A stretch of DNA of 64,000 nucleotides from Dehalococcoidia bacterium (GCA_965220255.1 OZ244816.1:1736491-1800490); one strand, 5' to 3'. Positions 29,119 to 39,038 are shown, counted from the first letter of the stretch. Translations and numbers: made by a program. The notes: generated from the letters alone by a model not told the origin.

Positions 29119-29148
29119 GATGGGGAATCATCTATCTAATTCCCCATC
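29119..29148. terminator. Hairpin between the convergent MTase and thrB genes (possible bidirectional terminator)
   Basis: gatggggaat-catctatcta-attccccatc: perfect 10-bp stem. No clear U-tract. Confidence 0.35.
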
Positions 29149-29176
29149 CTCGTCTCCCCAATAGACACCGTACCCC

Positions 29177-30076
29177 TCACCCCACCACGCGCACGCCCGC
29201 GGCCGTTGGCTTGGTGACGATTACGTCGCCGTCGACGCCGGCTTTGGAGGCGGCTTCGGCCATTTCGTAGCCGATGGTCATTTCGCGGGCGGATGAGAGG
29301 GCGAGGATGGTGGAGCCGGCGCCTGAGAGGAAAGCGCCGTGTGCGCCGGCGTCGAGGGCGGCGCGCATGATGACCTTCATGGGGTGAAAGATCGACTGGC
29401 GCGGGGGCTGGTGGAGGCGGTCCTGGGTGGCGACGGCGAGGCGGTCGAGGTCGTCGGTGGCGAGGGCGTTGACGAGGAGTCCGACGCGGCCCATGTTGAA
29501 GACGGCGTCCTGGACGGATATGTCGGTCGGGAGCACGGAGCGGGCCTCGGCGGTGGGCATGGGCATCTCCGGCACGAAGAGGACGGCGCTGAGTCGCTCC
29601 GGTATGGAGACGGTCGAGGTGACGAGGCGGTCTCCGTCGTGGACGACGACCTGGCATCCGCCGTAGAGGGCGGCGGCGGAGTTGTCGGGGTGTCCCTCGA
29701 TGCGGGCGGCAATGGCCAGGACGCGCGCGTCATTTAAGGGGCGTCCAAGCAGCTCGTTGGCGGCGACGATGCCCGCGACCGCGGCGGCGGAGCTGCTGCC
29801 GAGTCCGCGTCCCAGCGGTATCTCGTTGGTGCAGGTGAAGCGGACGGACGGCGCGGGTTGGCCTGCCTCCTCGCAGGCGAGCTGGAAGGCACGCGCCACG
29901 AGGTTGTCCGGGCCGGTCGGAAGCTCGTCGCGTCCGAGGCCGTGTATCTCGAACCCGGTCGCATCGGTGTCGACGCGCACGGTGTTCCAAATGTCGAGTG
30001 CGATGCCGAGGCAGTCGAAGCCCGGCCCCATGTTGGCGCTCGTGGCGGGCGCTTGCACGGTGACGCTGCGTGCCAT
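29177..30076 (-). CDS. thrB: Homoserine kinase
   Basis: SANMGPGFDCLG and GHMP motif GRGLGSSSAAAVAG. ATG at 30076 preceded by GGAGGGAGG. The longer ORF to 30190 runs through a repeat. Confidence 0.85.
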   Translation of the reverse strand: MARSVTVQAPATSANMGPGFDCLGIALDIWNTVRVDTDATGFEIHGLGRDELPTGPDNLVARAFQLACEEAGQPAPSVRFTCTNEIPLGRGLGSSSAAAVAGIVAANELLGRPLNDARVLAIAARIEGHPDNSAAALYGGCQVVVHDGDRLVTSTVSIPERLSAVLFVPEMPMPTAEARSVLPTDISVQDAVFNMGRVGLLVNALATDDLDRLAVATQDRLHQPPRQSIFHPMKVIMRAALDAGAHGAFLSGAGSTILALSSAREMTIGYEMAEAASKAGVDGDVIVTKPTAAGVRVVG

Positions 30077-30120
30077 TTCGTTCCTCCCTGCGGTGGTAAT
30101 CCGGCGGGGGCAGGTGTTTG

Positions 30121-30185
30121 CCCTCACCCCAACCCCCGTATCGAGTACGGGGCAGGCTCTCTCCCACGACGGGAGAGGGGCGGAG
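30121..30185. repeat. Tandem hairpin repeat modules
   Basis: ccctcacccc...ccccgtatcgagtacgggg...ctctcccacgacgggagagggg. Same modules at 53584-53620, 45541-45600 and 56341-56394. Confidence 0.75.
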
Positions 30186-30302
30186 GTCATTATACAACGC
30201 CGCTATGCCTCGAATCGGATATAATTGAGAGGCTGAACACTCGAACCAGACTTGCGATGCGAGTCTCCTCTGCGTCGCAATATCACCCCCGCACCTCACC
30301 CA

Positions 30303-32720
30303 ATGGTCAACTCCATCTCCGGGAAAAAATCTCCTATCGACCTGATTCGGCGCAAGTCGCTTGACGCGCTGGACTACCCGGACGTGCAGGCGGCGGTGGT
30401 CGCCAACACGACGTTCCCTCTGGCCGAGGAGCTTGCGAGGGGAATTGAGCCGGTCTACACGGCGCGAGAGGTCGAGGAACTCCAGCGGGAGACTCGCGAC
30501 GGCGTGGCCTATCTCGAAGAGTCGGGTGACCCCGACCTGAGCGCGAGGGTGGACGCGGGCGAGGCCGTCGACAGGGCGAGTCTCGGCGGAGTGCTGACGG
30601 GCAAGGAACTTTTGGAAGTGGCGGACTCGCTGGAGGTGCTTGGCAGGGCGCGGACGGCGTTTGCGCGCAACACGGCCAGCGCGCCCGTTCTGGCCGAGAT
30701 AGCGGCTGGCATCCCTGACGTGTCTGAGGTTCAGCGCCAAGTCAAGGCGAAGATCGGCATTCGCGGTGAGGTGCTCGACAGCGCGACTCCCACGCTCGGC
30801 CCACTGCGCCGGAGCGTCCGGGCCGCATACCAGAGGACAGTCGAGGCCCTGGAGCGGGTGATGCGGTCGCCCGTAGGCGAGGATGCGCTGCAGGACAATG
30901 TGATCTCCGTGCGCTCGGACCGACTCGTGCTGCAGGTGAGGACGGAACTCCGTCACAAGGTGCCGGGCATCGTCCACGACGTGTCGAAGACGGACGCCAC
31001 GCTCTTCATCGAGCCGTTCGCGACGGTCGACGCCTGCAACACCTGGCGGGAGCTTGCGCTCGAAGAGGACGAGGAGACGCGCAGGGTGCTCATCGACCTC
31101 TCAGAGCTTGTAGGCGAGGTGGCGGACGACATCAGAATGGGGATGCGGCTCACCGCCCGTCTCGACTTCATCATGGCCCGGGCGCGGTACAGCGCCCGGC
31201 TGAACGGCGTTCCGGTGCAGGTAGGGCATAACGATGACTCTGGCCCCATCGTTATACGGCTCATGAACGCGCAACATCCGCTCCTTGGGGACGACGCCGT
31301 CCCGGTTTCCGTCGGCATCCACGCGGAGTCGTCCGTCCTCGTGATAACCGGTCCGAACACCGGCGGCAAGACCGTCGCTATGAAGACGGTAGGGCTGCTC
31401 GCCCTGATGCACCAGTCAGGGCTTTTCGTCCCGGCGGCGGAGGGGAGCGTCCTCCCCATCTTCGACGGGGTGTACGCCGACGTGGGAGACCAGCAGAGCA
31501 TCGCGGGGTCGGTGTCGACGTTCAGCTCTCACATGCTGAACGTCATCGAGATACTCGACCACGCCACGCCCAAATCCCTAGTGCTCCTCGATGAGCTGGG
31601 AACGAGTACCGATCCTGAAGAGGGTTCAGCGCTCGCGAAGGCGGTGCTGGGCCACCTTGCCGTGAAGGGCGTCAAGACGGTGGTTACGACGCACCACCGG
31701 ACTGTCGCCGCATTTGCCGAGGCGTCAAAGGGAATGATGAACGCCAGCGTTGATCTTGAGCCGAATTCGCTGCGTCCGACGTACCACCTGACGATGGGCA
31801 TTCCGGGCCGGAGCTACGCGATGTCGGTGGCCCGCCGTCTTGGTCTGCCGGAGGCGATCATGGACGAGGCTTCGCGCCTGATGGAGCCGCAGTACATGCA
31901 GTTCGAGGACTGGCTCGACGAACTGCAGAGCCAGCGCATGCAGCTCAAGTCGATGCTCCAGGATGCCGAGGACGCCAAGCGTGAGGCGGAGTCGGCAAGC
32001 AAGGCATTAGAGGATGAGCTCAGCGATCTTCGTGCCCAACGCGAGGATATGCTCGATTCCATGCGGGCAGAGCTGTCCGCGCAGCTTGAGGACGCGCAGC
32101 GTATGCTCCGTCGCGCGGAGGCCGCAATGTCGTGGGACGCGCCCGGCGGCGAGCCGGTCGACTACGAGGCCATCAAGCGCGCGCGCCTCGACTTGGAGCA
32201 GGCTCGGACGGAAGTCGAGAAACACGAACGCGCATCGGTAGGACCCCAGCCCGAACCGGCGCGACCCGTCCGTGTTGGAGATGTCGTGAGAATTCGGGGT
32301 CTGAATTTGCAGGGAACCGTCCAGTCCATCGACGATGAGAATGAGGAGGCGACGGTAATCGTCGGCGATGCGCGATTCAGCCTCGACGTGAGCAGGTTGA
32401 CTCCTATAGAAGGCGGGGTTGCGCCTGAAGAGCCCGCCACCGCCAGGAGCATCAACTATGACCTCGAACCCGCCGTGATGAGCAATGAACTGCACATCCG
32501 GGGAATGCGGGCCGACGAAGCTGCGGTCTCCGTGGAAGAGTTTCTAGACAAGGCGCTCCGCAACGGCGCGGACTCGGTGCGCATCGTCCACGGCAAGGGG
32601 CGCGGAGTCCTGCGCCAGAGCGTGCAGGAGACTCTCGACAGGAACTCCCTCGTGAAGTCGTATCGCTACGCCGATCACCGTGAGGGAGGAATCGGCGTTA
32701 CGGTGGTCGAACTCACGTGA
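30303..32720 (+). CDS. mutS2: Endonuclease MutS2 (MutS domain plus C-terminal Smr)
   Basis: Walker A GPNTGGKTVAMKTVG, LLDELGTSTDPEEG, Smr LHIRGMRADEA...VRIVHGKGRGVLR. Alternative TTG start at 30252. Confidence 0.9.
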   Translation: MVNSISGKKSPIDLIRRKSLDALDYPDVQAAVVANTTFPLAEELARGIEPVYTAREVEELQRETRDGVAYLEESGDPDLSARVDAGEAVDRASLGGVLTGKELLEVADSLEVLGRARTAFARNTASAPVLAEIAAGIPDVSEVQRQVKAKIGIRGEVLDSATPTLGPLRRSVRAAYQRTVEALERVMRSPVGEDALQDNVISVRSDRLVLQVRTELRHKVPGIVHDVSKTDATLFIEPFATVDACNTWRELALEEDEETRRVLIDLSELVGEVADDIRMGMRLTARLDFIMARARYSARLNGVPVQVGHNDDSGPIVIRLMNAQHPLLGDDAVPVSVGIHAESSVLVITGPNTGGKTVAMKTVGLLALMHQSGLFVPAAEGSVLPIFDGVYADVGDQQSIAGSVSTFSSHMLNVIEILDHATPKSLVLLDELGTSTDPEEGSALAKAVLGHLAVKGVKTVVTTHHRTVAAFAEASKGMMNASVDLEPNSLRPTYHLTMGIPGRSYAMSVARRLGLPEAIMDEASRLMEPQYMQFEDWLDELQSQRMQLKSMLQDAEDAKREAESASKALEDELSDLRAQREDMLDSMRAELSAQLEDAQRMLRRAEAAMSWDAPGGEPVDYEAIKRARLDLEQARTEVEKHERASVGPQPEPARPVRVGDVVRIRGLNLQGTVQSIDDENEEATVIVGDARFSLDVSRLTPIEGGVAPEEPATARSINYDLEPAVMSNELHIRGMRADEAAVSVEEFLDKALRNGADSVRIVHGKGRGVLRQSVQETLDRNSLVKSYRYADHREGGIGVTVVELT

Positions 32721-33418
32721 GGCATGTAGCTCTGGCGTTGACATTCCTCGCGCTCGTACTCTGCGTCGGGTGCGGTTCAGGCCTTCGGCCTGTGCTGGTA
32801 ACACCTGAGGGGAGCGCGCAGTCCACCGTTGCTCCGACAAATCCTGGCACTGTGCTCGACAGGGCTACGCGCACGCCCACTGACACGCCGTCAAACGAGA
32901 CCTCGACTGCCGCAACCTTGCCGGGCACGAACGAGACCTCAACTCGACCCGTGCTACCTGCGACTCCCCCGACTCCGAGCCCCGTTCCCACGTTCGAGGT
33001 ACTTGAACTCAACGCATCCATCATCATCGGCGACTCCGTCCTACCCGTCGAATTGGCTCTCAACTCAGTGGAACGTACGAAGGGACTTTCGGACAGGGAT
33101 GGCCTCGAACCCGGAACGGGAATGCTGTTCATCTTCGAAGACAGGCAGGCGTCGTCGTTCTGGATGAGAAAGGTGCGATTCTCGTTGGACTTCGTGTGGA
33201 TATCCGAAGACTGCCGGGTCGTGGATATTACGTCGGACGTACCCTTTCCAAAGCCGGGCACGGAAACGTCCGCACTGCCTTCCTATAGCTCCGCAGTTCC
33301 GGCGGCATATAATCTCGAGATCAACGCCGGTGAGGCCAAGTTGTTTGGAATCAGCGTTGGCGATGCTGTACGATTCACTGGTATTCCGGATCACGTAGGC
33401 GACACGTGCGAAAGATAA
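32717..33418 (+). CDS. DUF192 domain lipoprotein
   Basis: Lipobox-like LVLCVGCGS, Thr/Pro-rich linker, then ERTKGLSDRDGLEPGTGMLFIF...FWMRKVRFSLDFVWI. GTG overlaps the mutS2 stop. Confidence 0.7.
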   Translation: MRHVALALTFLALVLCVGCGSGLRPVLVTPEGSAQSTVAPTNPGTVLDRATRTPTDTPSNETSTAATLPGTNETSTRPVLPATPPTPSPVPTFEVLELNASIIIGDSVLPVELALNSVERTKGLSDRDGLEPGTGMLFIFEDRQASSFWMRKVRFSLDFVWISEDCRVVDITSDVPFPKPGTETSALPSYSSAVPAAYNLEINAGEAKLFGISVGDAVRFTGIPDHVGDTCER

Positions 33419-33499
33419 TACTGGGCCATTTGGACGTACCGACCGCCGGCATCGTGACGACGACACCATCCCGTCCAGCATCAATGGCGACGTATTAGA

Positions 33500-36400
33500 A
33501 TGCACTCCCTCACAATCCGGGGACTGGTACGCAGACGTGTTTCAAACAGCCGGTGGCTCTTGGCCAGCGTAGTGATCGGCGTCCTTGCAGCCGCAACGCT
33601 TGTTTCGGCTGTGCCGGTATACATCGCGTCCCTCACGCAGTTGAGCATCAACCTCGAGATCGACGACCTCGGCAGGTCGGGGACGACTGCATTCATCTTC
33701 ACGAACAACCTCATCCTCACGGAGTCGCGATTCCAGGAGATCGAGGGAATCGTTGACGATGCGGTCGATAGTCACATCCGTCCGGTCTATGGCGGGCGAG
33801 AGAGGATCCTCAGCACTCACAATCTCTGGGTCGGCGTCGGCGAGACCCAGGAGCAGACAGGCCTGGTGCCTCCCACGGCGATTGTACGCAGCCTCACCAA
33901 CGGCGATTCCTTCTTCAATATGGTCTTCGGCACAAACGCCGCCCCGACCGTTCAGCAGGGACCGGACGGGCCCGTCATCGAGGCGGTCGTCAGTGAGAAC
34001 GCGTTTGAACTGTACGGTATCGGCGTGGGCGACGAGGTAACCGTAGGGGCTGCAGCGGAGGCTCCTGCCAGGATAACCATACGCGTCGTGGGGATCGTCG
34101 ATAGCACGAGCCTCGACGGCACGCTGGTCTCGATCGCGAGCGGGATGCTCAACCCACCCGTCAGGTACGACCCTGAGTCCGGCCCTCCGCCCCTGCCGCT
34201 GTTCATAAGGGAGAATGCCGTCTCCGAGGCGGTCAGTCCGACCCTGCCGGGCACCGTCATGGACGCGATATGGTTCATTCAGATGGAGCCTGACGCGCTC
34301 AAGTCCTGGTCAGGTGGGGAAACGCTCAGGCGACTTGACGACTTCGAGAGAGAGTTGAACGCCGAGTTGTTCGGCACGAACGTATTGTCGCCGGTGCCGC
34401 GCATCATCAATGGCGCGGAGGCGAGGGCCTTCTTCGCCCGCACGCCAATGATTCTCCTGCTCGCCGTCCTTGCGGTAACGGTCGTGTTTTATCTCGGAAC
34501 GATGGTCAGCTACCTTGTGCGAAGCAGGGAAGAAGACCTCGCGCTCATCCGCACGAGGGGCTTTGGTCTCGTCGCCCTGCTGCGTATCTACTCGTTCGAA
34601 GGGATATTGATCACCCTGTCGGCGGTGATCGTTTCGCCACTGCTAGCGATAGCGCTCGTCATGGCGGCGGGGTTTACTCCACATTTCCGAGAGCTTACGA
34701 GCGGTGGGCCGCTGCCCATCGTTCCCGAGGCGTTACCATTCATAGTCGCAGGAGTGGTTGGCCTGATCTGTCTCGCCGCTGTGGTGCTTCCAAGCGTGAT
34801 GATGGCGCGCGGAGGGATTCTTGCGCAGCGCTTCTCGGCTGCCCGACCTCCCGGCGCTTCCTTCATCCACCGTTACCATCTCGATATCCTCCTGCTTGTC
34901 ATTGGCGGGATGGTCTTCTGGGAGCTTCAGGCTCGCGGGCAGATTGTGTCAGGCGGACTCTTTGGGGAAGTGGACGTGAATGAGGCGCTGCTGTTGGCTC
35001 CCATTCTGTTCCTCATGGCCGTTGGACTCCTGTTCATGCGCTTCTTCCCTCTGCTCGCCAGCTACATCGGAGGGGAGTCGCCCGCGTTGCTCCACGCGGT
35101 AGCGACTGTGTCATTGGGCGTGCTCATTCCAGTCGTCGTGATAAACGGCCTTCGTGGCGAGGGCGTCGAGAACTGGCCCGTGGCCGCAGCGATTCTTGCG
35201 GCATTCGGCGGCGTCTATTGGGCAACGTCGAGGACCGACCTGAAGGTACTTGTCGTGTCCGGCGTTCTCCTGCAGGCGGTGCTGGTGTTCGCCTTCTATC
35301 GTACAAGCTCAATTGAAATTGGCAGCTTTCTGTTCTGGCCGTTCGTCGCCCTCGCGGCGGTGCCAATCGGCAGACCGCTCTTTCTTGTTCTCCGGATGTT
35401 GACCCGCATCACGCCCATCTGGGTGGCGATCATCCTCAGGCACGTCATCAGGCAGCCAACGCAGTACACCTGGCTGGTAGTGCTGGTCGTACTCGTTACC
35501 GGAGTGAGCGTTCTTGCGACGACCGTGGGTGGGACCCTGGAGAGGAGCAGACTCGACCGCGTGCGGCACTACGTTGCCGGCGATGTCCGAGTCAACCTTG
35601 CACGGCAGTTCATCGGCGGGGTGTCTTCTTTCCGTGAGAAACCGTCCGTGGCACTCGCCGCAGAGGCCGTCCGCACCGATGGATCGTTCGGTCCTCTCAA
35701 CTTCGAGGTGTTCGGCATCGACTCCGCCCAGTTCGACCGAGTCTCCTGGTATCGCGACGACTTTTCCGAGCGTCCCTTCGCCCAAGTGGTGGCAGACCTC
35801 CGACCGCAAGCAGGTTCGTCCGTTGCCGTCTTGCCTGAGGGAACGACGAGCATCGGCCTGTGGGCCCTGCCGGCAGAGCACTACCCCGGCCTGGACGTCA
35901 ATATACTGCTCCGAGCAAGGGACGGGCTCCTCAATACGGTGTTCCTGGAGGAGGTGGGCGACCCCGAGTGGAAGCTCATGACAACGGAGATCCCAAACTG
36001 GATGCAGCAGCCGGTTACGCTGGTCGCCGTGCACGTGCAGGATCACGGCGACATCCGGCAGAGAGGGATAACGGCCGGCACGATCCTGGTCGATGAAATT
36101 CACGCGGTCGTCGGTGAAGAGGACCGTACCGTGGTCATAGAGGACTTTGAGAGCTCCGTGTTCACGTGGCTGCCCATCGTTACCGATCCCCTCCGCCCCG
36201 ACAAGTTGGAGCATTTCACCGCGGGAGCCTACCGCGGAAGCGCTTCAGCCAAGTTTACGTTCGGCCAGACAACAGACCACGGCGTGCGTGGGTTCTACAA
36301 GGCCCCTACTCGAAAGTTTCTGCCGGTCGTATTGTCCGAGACGCTGCTGGAGCAGTCGGGGCTGTGGATCGGCGTCACCACCACCCTCAAGCTGGCCGGA

Positions 36401-37108
36401 CGGCAGATAACAGTCGTCGTTACGGACGCCGTCGAGAATTTCCCGACGATGAGCGAACGCATCGACAGGTTCCTAATCACCGACGTCGACCTGCTGTTGG
36501 GCCACGTTAACGTCCTGAGTTCCGTGTATGCCCTGGACCCGAACGAGGTCTACATAAGCACCGCCTCCGACGAGGATGACGAAGTCGAGGCCCTCTCCGC
36601 CGAGCTGAGCGAGAAGCTCTTCATGCAGACCAGCGACCGCGTAACGTTACTGGAGGAGACGAACGTTTCGCCGGCCATGTCTGCCGGTTGGCGGGCCCTC
36701 GCGCTCTTTTCACTCGTGATCGCGGTTGCCGCCGCCGCGGCCGGGTACGTGAGCTACCTCATACTGGCTGACCGGCGGCGCCGCGTCGAAGCCGGTTTTC
36801 TTCGCTCGCTCGGCCTAACGGGCAAGCAGCTTGTCGCTCTCATTGCCTTCGAGCAGATGGCCATCATCGCCATAGCGTTAGCGCTTGGGACATGGGCAGG
36901 ATTTCGTATGAGCCTGCTGATAGTGTCACCGCTGGCCGAGAGCGAAGCCGGAGGAACCATCGTTCCCTCCCTTCTCACCACAACGGACTGGACCTTGCTC
37001 GCGCCGGTATATGTGGCCCTGTTCGCGGTCTTCCTCGCCATCATGATCGCTGCAAGCCTCCGGGCCCTGCGAGTCGATCTGGCGACCATCGCGAGGATGG
37101 AGGCGTGA
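33500..37108 (+). CDS. Large FtsX-like (MacB-type) ABC permease, 1202 aa
   Basis: N-terminal TM segment, two clusters of TM helices (about aa 310-660 and 1090-1200), and large intervening soluble regions. No ATPase gene adjacent. Confidence 0.7.
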   Translation: MHSLTIRGLVRRRVSNSRWLLASVVIGVLAAATLVSAVPVYIASLTQLSINLEIDDLGRSGTTAFIFTNNLILTESRFQEIEGIVDDAVDSHIRPVYGGRERILSTHNLWVGVGETQEQTGLVPPTAIVRSLTNGDSFFNMVFGTNAAPTVQQGPDGPVIEAVVSENAFELYGIGVGDEVTVGAAAEAPARITIRVVGIVDSTSLDGTLVSIASGMLNPPVRYDPESGPPPLPLFIRENAVSEAVSPTLPGTVMDAIWFIQMEPDALKSWSGGETLRRLDDFERELNAELFGTNVLSPVPRIINGAEARAFFARTPMILLLAVLAVTVVFYLGTMVSYLVRSREEDLALIRTRGFGLVALLRIYSFEGILITLSAVIVSPLLAIALVMAAGFTPHFRELTSGGPLPIVPEALPFIVAGVVGLICLAAVVLPSVMMARGGILAQRFSAARPPGASFIHRYHLDILLLVIGGMVFWELQARGQIVSGGLFGEVDVNEALLLAPILFLMAVGLLFMRFFPLLASYIGGESPALLHAVATVSLGVLIPVVVINGLRGEGVENWPVAAAILAAFGGVYWATSRTDLKVLVVSGVLLQAVLVFAFYRTSSIEIGSFLFWPFVALAAVPIGRPLFLVLRMLTRITPIWVAIILRHVIRQPTQYTWLVVLVVLVTGVSVLATTVGGTLERSRLDRVRHYVAGDVRVNLARQFIGGVSSFREKPSVALAAEAVRTDGSFGPLNFEVFGIDSAQFDRVSWYRDDFSERPFAQVVADLRPQAGSSVAVLPEGTTSIGLWALPAEHYPGLDVNILLRARDGLLNTVFLEEVGDPEWKLMTTEIPNWMQQPVTLVAVHVQDHGDIRQRGITAGTILVDEIHAVVGEEDRTVVIEDFESSVFTWLPIVTDPLRPDKLEHFTAGAYRGSASAKFTFGQTTDHGVRGFYKAPTRKFLPVVLSETLLEQSGLWIGVTTTLKLAGRQITVVVTDAVENFPTMSERIDRFLITDVDLLLGHVNVLSSVYALDPNEVYISTASDEDDEVEALSAELSEKLFMQTSDRVTLLEETNVSPAMSAGWRALALFSLVIAVAAAAAGYVSYLILADRRRRVEAGFLRSLGLTGKQLVALIAFEQMAIIAIALALGTWAGFRMSLLIVSPLAESEAGGTIVPSLLTTTDWTLLAPVYVALFAVFLAIMIAASLRALRVDLATIARMEA

Positions 37109-37111
37109 GTC

Positions 37112-37927
37112 TTAGAGCGCCGTGTAGCCCCCATCCACAGCAAGCTCCGCGCCGGTGATGAACGACGATTCGTCCGACGCCAGGAACAGGATGACGCTCG
37201 CGATTTCCTCGGGCTCGCCGAGCCGTCCCATCGGTACCTTCGCCAATCGAGTCTCCACCTGCCCCGGATCATGTATCAGCGGCTCGAACATCGGCGTCAG
37301 GACGAATCCCGGATGTATCGTGTTTACGCGGATATTCTCCCTGGCGTATTGGACCGCCGCCGTCTTGGCGAATAGGCGCATAGCGCCCTTGGCAGTGTGG
37401 TAGCCCGTGGACGACGCGCCGCCCACCAGTCCCGCGAGAGAAGAGATCAGGACGACCGAACCGCCTCCCACCTTCCGCATCTCGGGAATTGCGTGCTTCG
37501 TCCCGAAGAACGCACCCTTGGAATGAGTGTTCATCTGCGCGTCCCACAGTTTCTCGGTGGTCTCCTCGACGGTCGTGCGATACGTAACCCCCGCGGAGTG
37601 CACCAGTACGTCGAGCCGCCCGTACAAGTCCACCGTTCCAGCGATGACGTCTTGCCAAGCGGCCTCGTCGGTTACATCGAGGCGAAAGTACGTCGCTTCG
37701 ATTCCCTCGGCGCGTATCTGGGCGGCCGTCTCCTCGCCAAGTGCGTCATTCACGTCGGTCAGGACTACGCTCGCGCCCTCGCGCGCCAACAGCCTTGCGG
37801 CAGTGCCGGCCAGTCCCTTCAGGCGGCCCTCGACGCCCGCGGCCGCTCCGGTCAGAAGGGCGACTTTGCCTTCAACTCGCACGCTGATGTCTCCGTCGTT
37901 ACCCGTCGCTGACCGTGACGCGCCCAA
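37112..37927 (-). CDS. SDR family oxidoreductase
   Basis: GKVALLTGAA...G Rossmann start, NAG-like HSAGV, catalytic YHTAKGAM (YxxxK). Alternative GTG start at 37882 would avoid overlap with the upstream gene. Confidence 0.85.
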   Translation of the reverse strand: MGASRSATGNDGDISVRVEGKVALLTGAAAGVEGRLKGLAGTAARLLAREGASVVLTDVNDALGEETAAQIRAEGIEATYFRLDVTDEAAWQDVIAGTVDLYGRLDVLVHSAGVTYRTTVEETTEKLWDAQMNTHSKGAFFGTKHAIPEMRKVGGGSVVLISSLAGLVGGASSTGYHTAKGAMRLFAKTAAVQYARENIRVNTIHPGFVLTPMFEPLIHDPGQVETRLAKVPMGRLGEPEEIASVILFLASDESSFITGAELAVDGGYTAL

Positions 37928-39038
37928 CCATGCCCCGGTGAATGGGACACGAGTACGAGAACGTACCCGCCTCGGTGAATGTCAGCGAGTACCCAAGTCC
38001 ACCGGGACGCTGTCCGTATCCTATCAGTCCCGAGCTTCGGAAGCCCGTACCATCGTATTCGTGTGAGGGAGGCCCCTCCGGCGGTGGAGTGCAGGGATTA
38101 TCGGGAAAGGCGTCGCCCGGCGCCTGGTCGGATGGGAAGAGCACACACGGGTTCGCAACAATATACGGAGTGCCGCGAGCGCGCCGTTCGGTCTGGTAGA
38201 AGATGGGCAACCCGTCGTCTCCGGCGAAGACGACCGCGTGGAATCGCGTCGATACCCAAGAGACTGTGTCACCCTTCTGTATCTGGAGGTTTCGCGGGAA
38301 GAACTCCAGCACCTCGGCTTCAGGAGTGCCCATGCCCGCCGCCACCATGTACCGCGACGTTCCGTCGGGCCCGACCTCCACGTCCAGCACGGTCGTCTCC
38401 TGGGCGACCAGTGTCTGGAGCGAGTCCACGATCCCCTGGCCGAACTCCATCTGGATCCGCGCCTCCCTGTCGATGTCTGCCTGGGTAGGCAGGTCGGGGT
38501 CGGACGTCTCCTTAACGACAACCGTGCCGCGGTGAAACTCGTGGATACCGCAGATATAGCGGTACGTCCCCGGCTCGGGGAACCTCATCGTGAATGTATC
38601 GATAATCGGCACATCCTCGCCCAACTGGTAACCGAACATTATCCCGGAGTTGAAGTAGCCGCCCTCGCGGTACTCCTCCACCGGTCCGCCGGGTCTGCGG
38701 GAAGGGTCGACAAGCGTCGGCGCGAATATGAACTCGCCCGGAGCGCCGTTCGGCCTCGGAACGATATCCACCACCTCGTTCAGGTCACGGGCGAACGTCA
38801 CCGTGTGTGGGTCGTCCGCGTTCCCGTTCATGCGCCACGTCACGGTGTCGCCCGCACGGATCTCCACGGCGCGTGGGAAGTACTCGTTGAGCGAACTCGT
38901 TCCTCTAGCTCCACCGACCAGCACTGTCAGGTCGCGCTGGGCGAAAACGGCCGGTTGTTCTTCTTCATCCGAATCGGAATCCCCGCACGCCACGATCAAA
39001 ACGGCAAGCAGCGGCAGGAGTATGATCAGTTGCTTCAT
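37899..39038 (-). CDS. Two-domain cupredoxin (blue-copper-like) lipoprotein
   Basis: Lipobox LIVACG. PHTVTF...YICGIHEFHRGTVVV and FHAVVF...YSCPIHRGMVGRVTV (Cys-x2-His-x2-Met). Confidence 0.7.
   Translation of the reverse strand: MKQLIILLPLLAVLIVACGDSDSDEEEQPAVFAQRDLTVLVGGARGTSSLNEYFPRAVEIRAGDTVTWRMNGNADDPHTVTFARDLNEVVDIVPRPNGAPGEFIFAPTLVDPSRRPGGPVEEYREGGYFNSGIMFGYQLGEDVPIIDTFTMRFPEPGTYRYICGIHEFHRGTVVVKETSDPDLPTQADIDREARIQMEFGQGIVDSLQTLVAQETTVLDVEVGPDGTSRYMVAAGMGTPEAEVLEFFPRNLQIQKGDTVSWVSTRFHAVVFAGDDGLPIFYQTERRARGTPYIVANPCVLFPSDQAPGDAFPDNPCTPPPEGPPSHEYDGTGFRSSGLIGYGQRPGGLGYSLTFTEAGTFSYSCPIHRGMVGRVTVSDG

Noticed and set aside
29730-30977. 415-aa minus-strand ORF overlapping thrB and mutS2
   Set aside because: It is antisense to, or overlaps, genes with clear family motifs. 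Its Arg/Pro/His-rich composition is typical of spurious ORFs in GC-rich DNA.
37880-37927. 29-nt overlap between the SDR start and the cupredoxin gene stop as a possible frameshift or fusion
   Set aside because: It is more simply explained by start-site ambiguity. An in-frame GTG at 37882 removes the overlap and still precedes the Rossmann motif.
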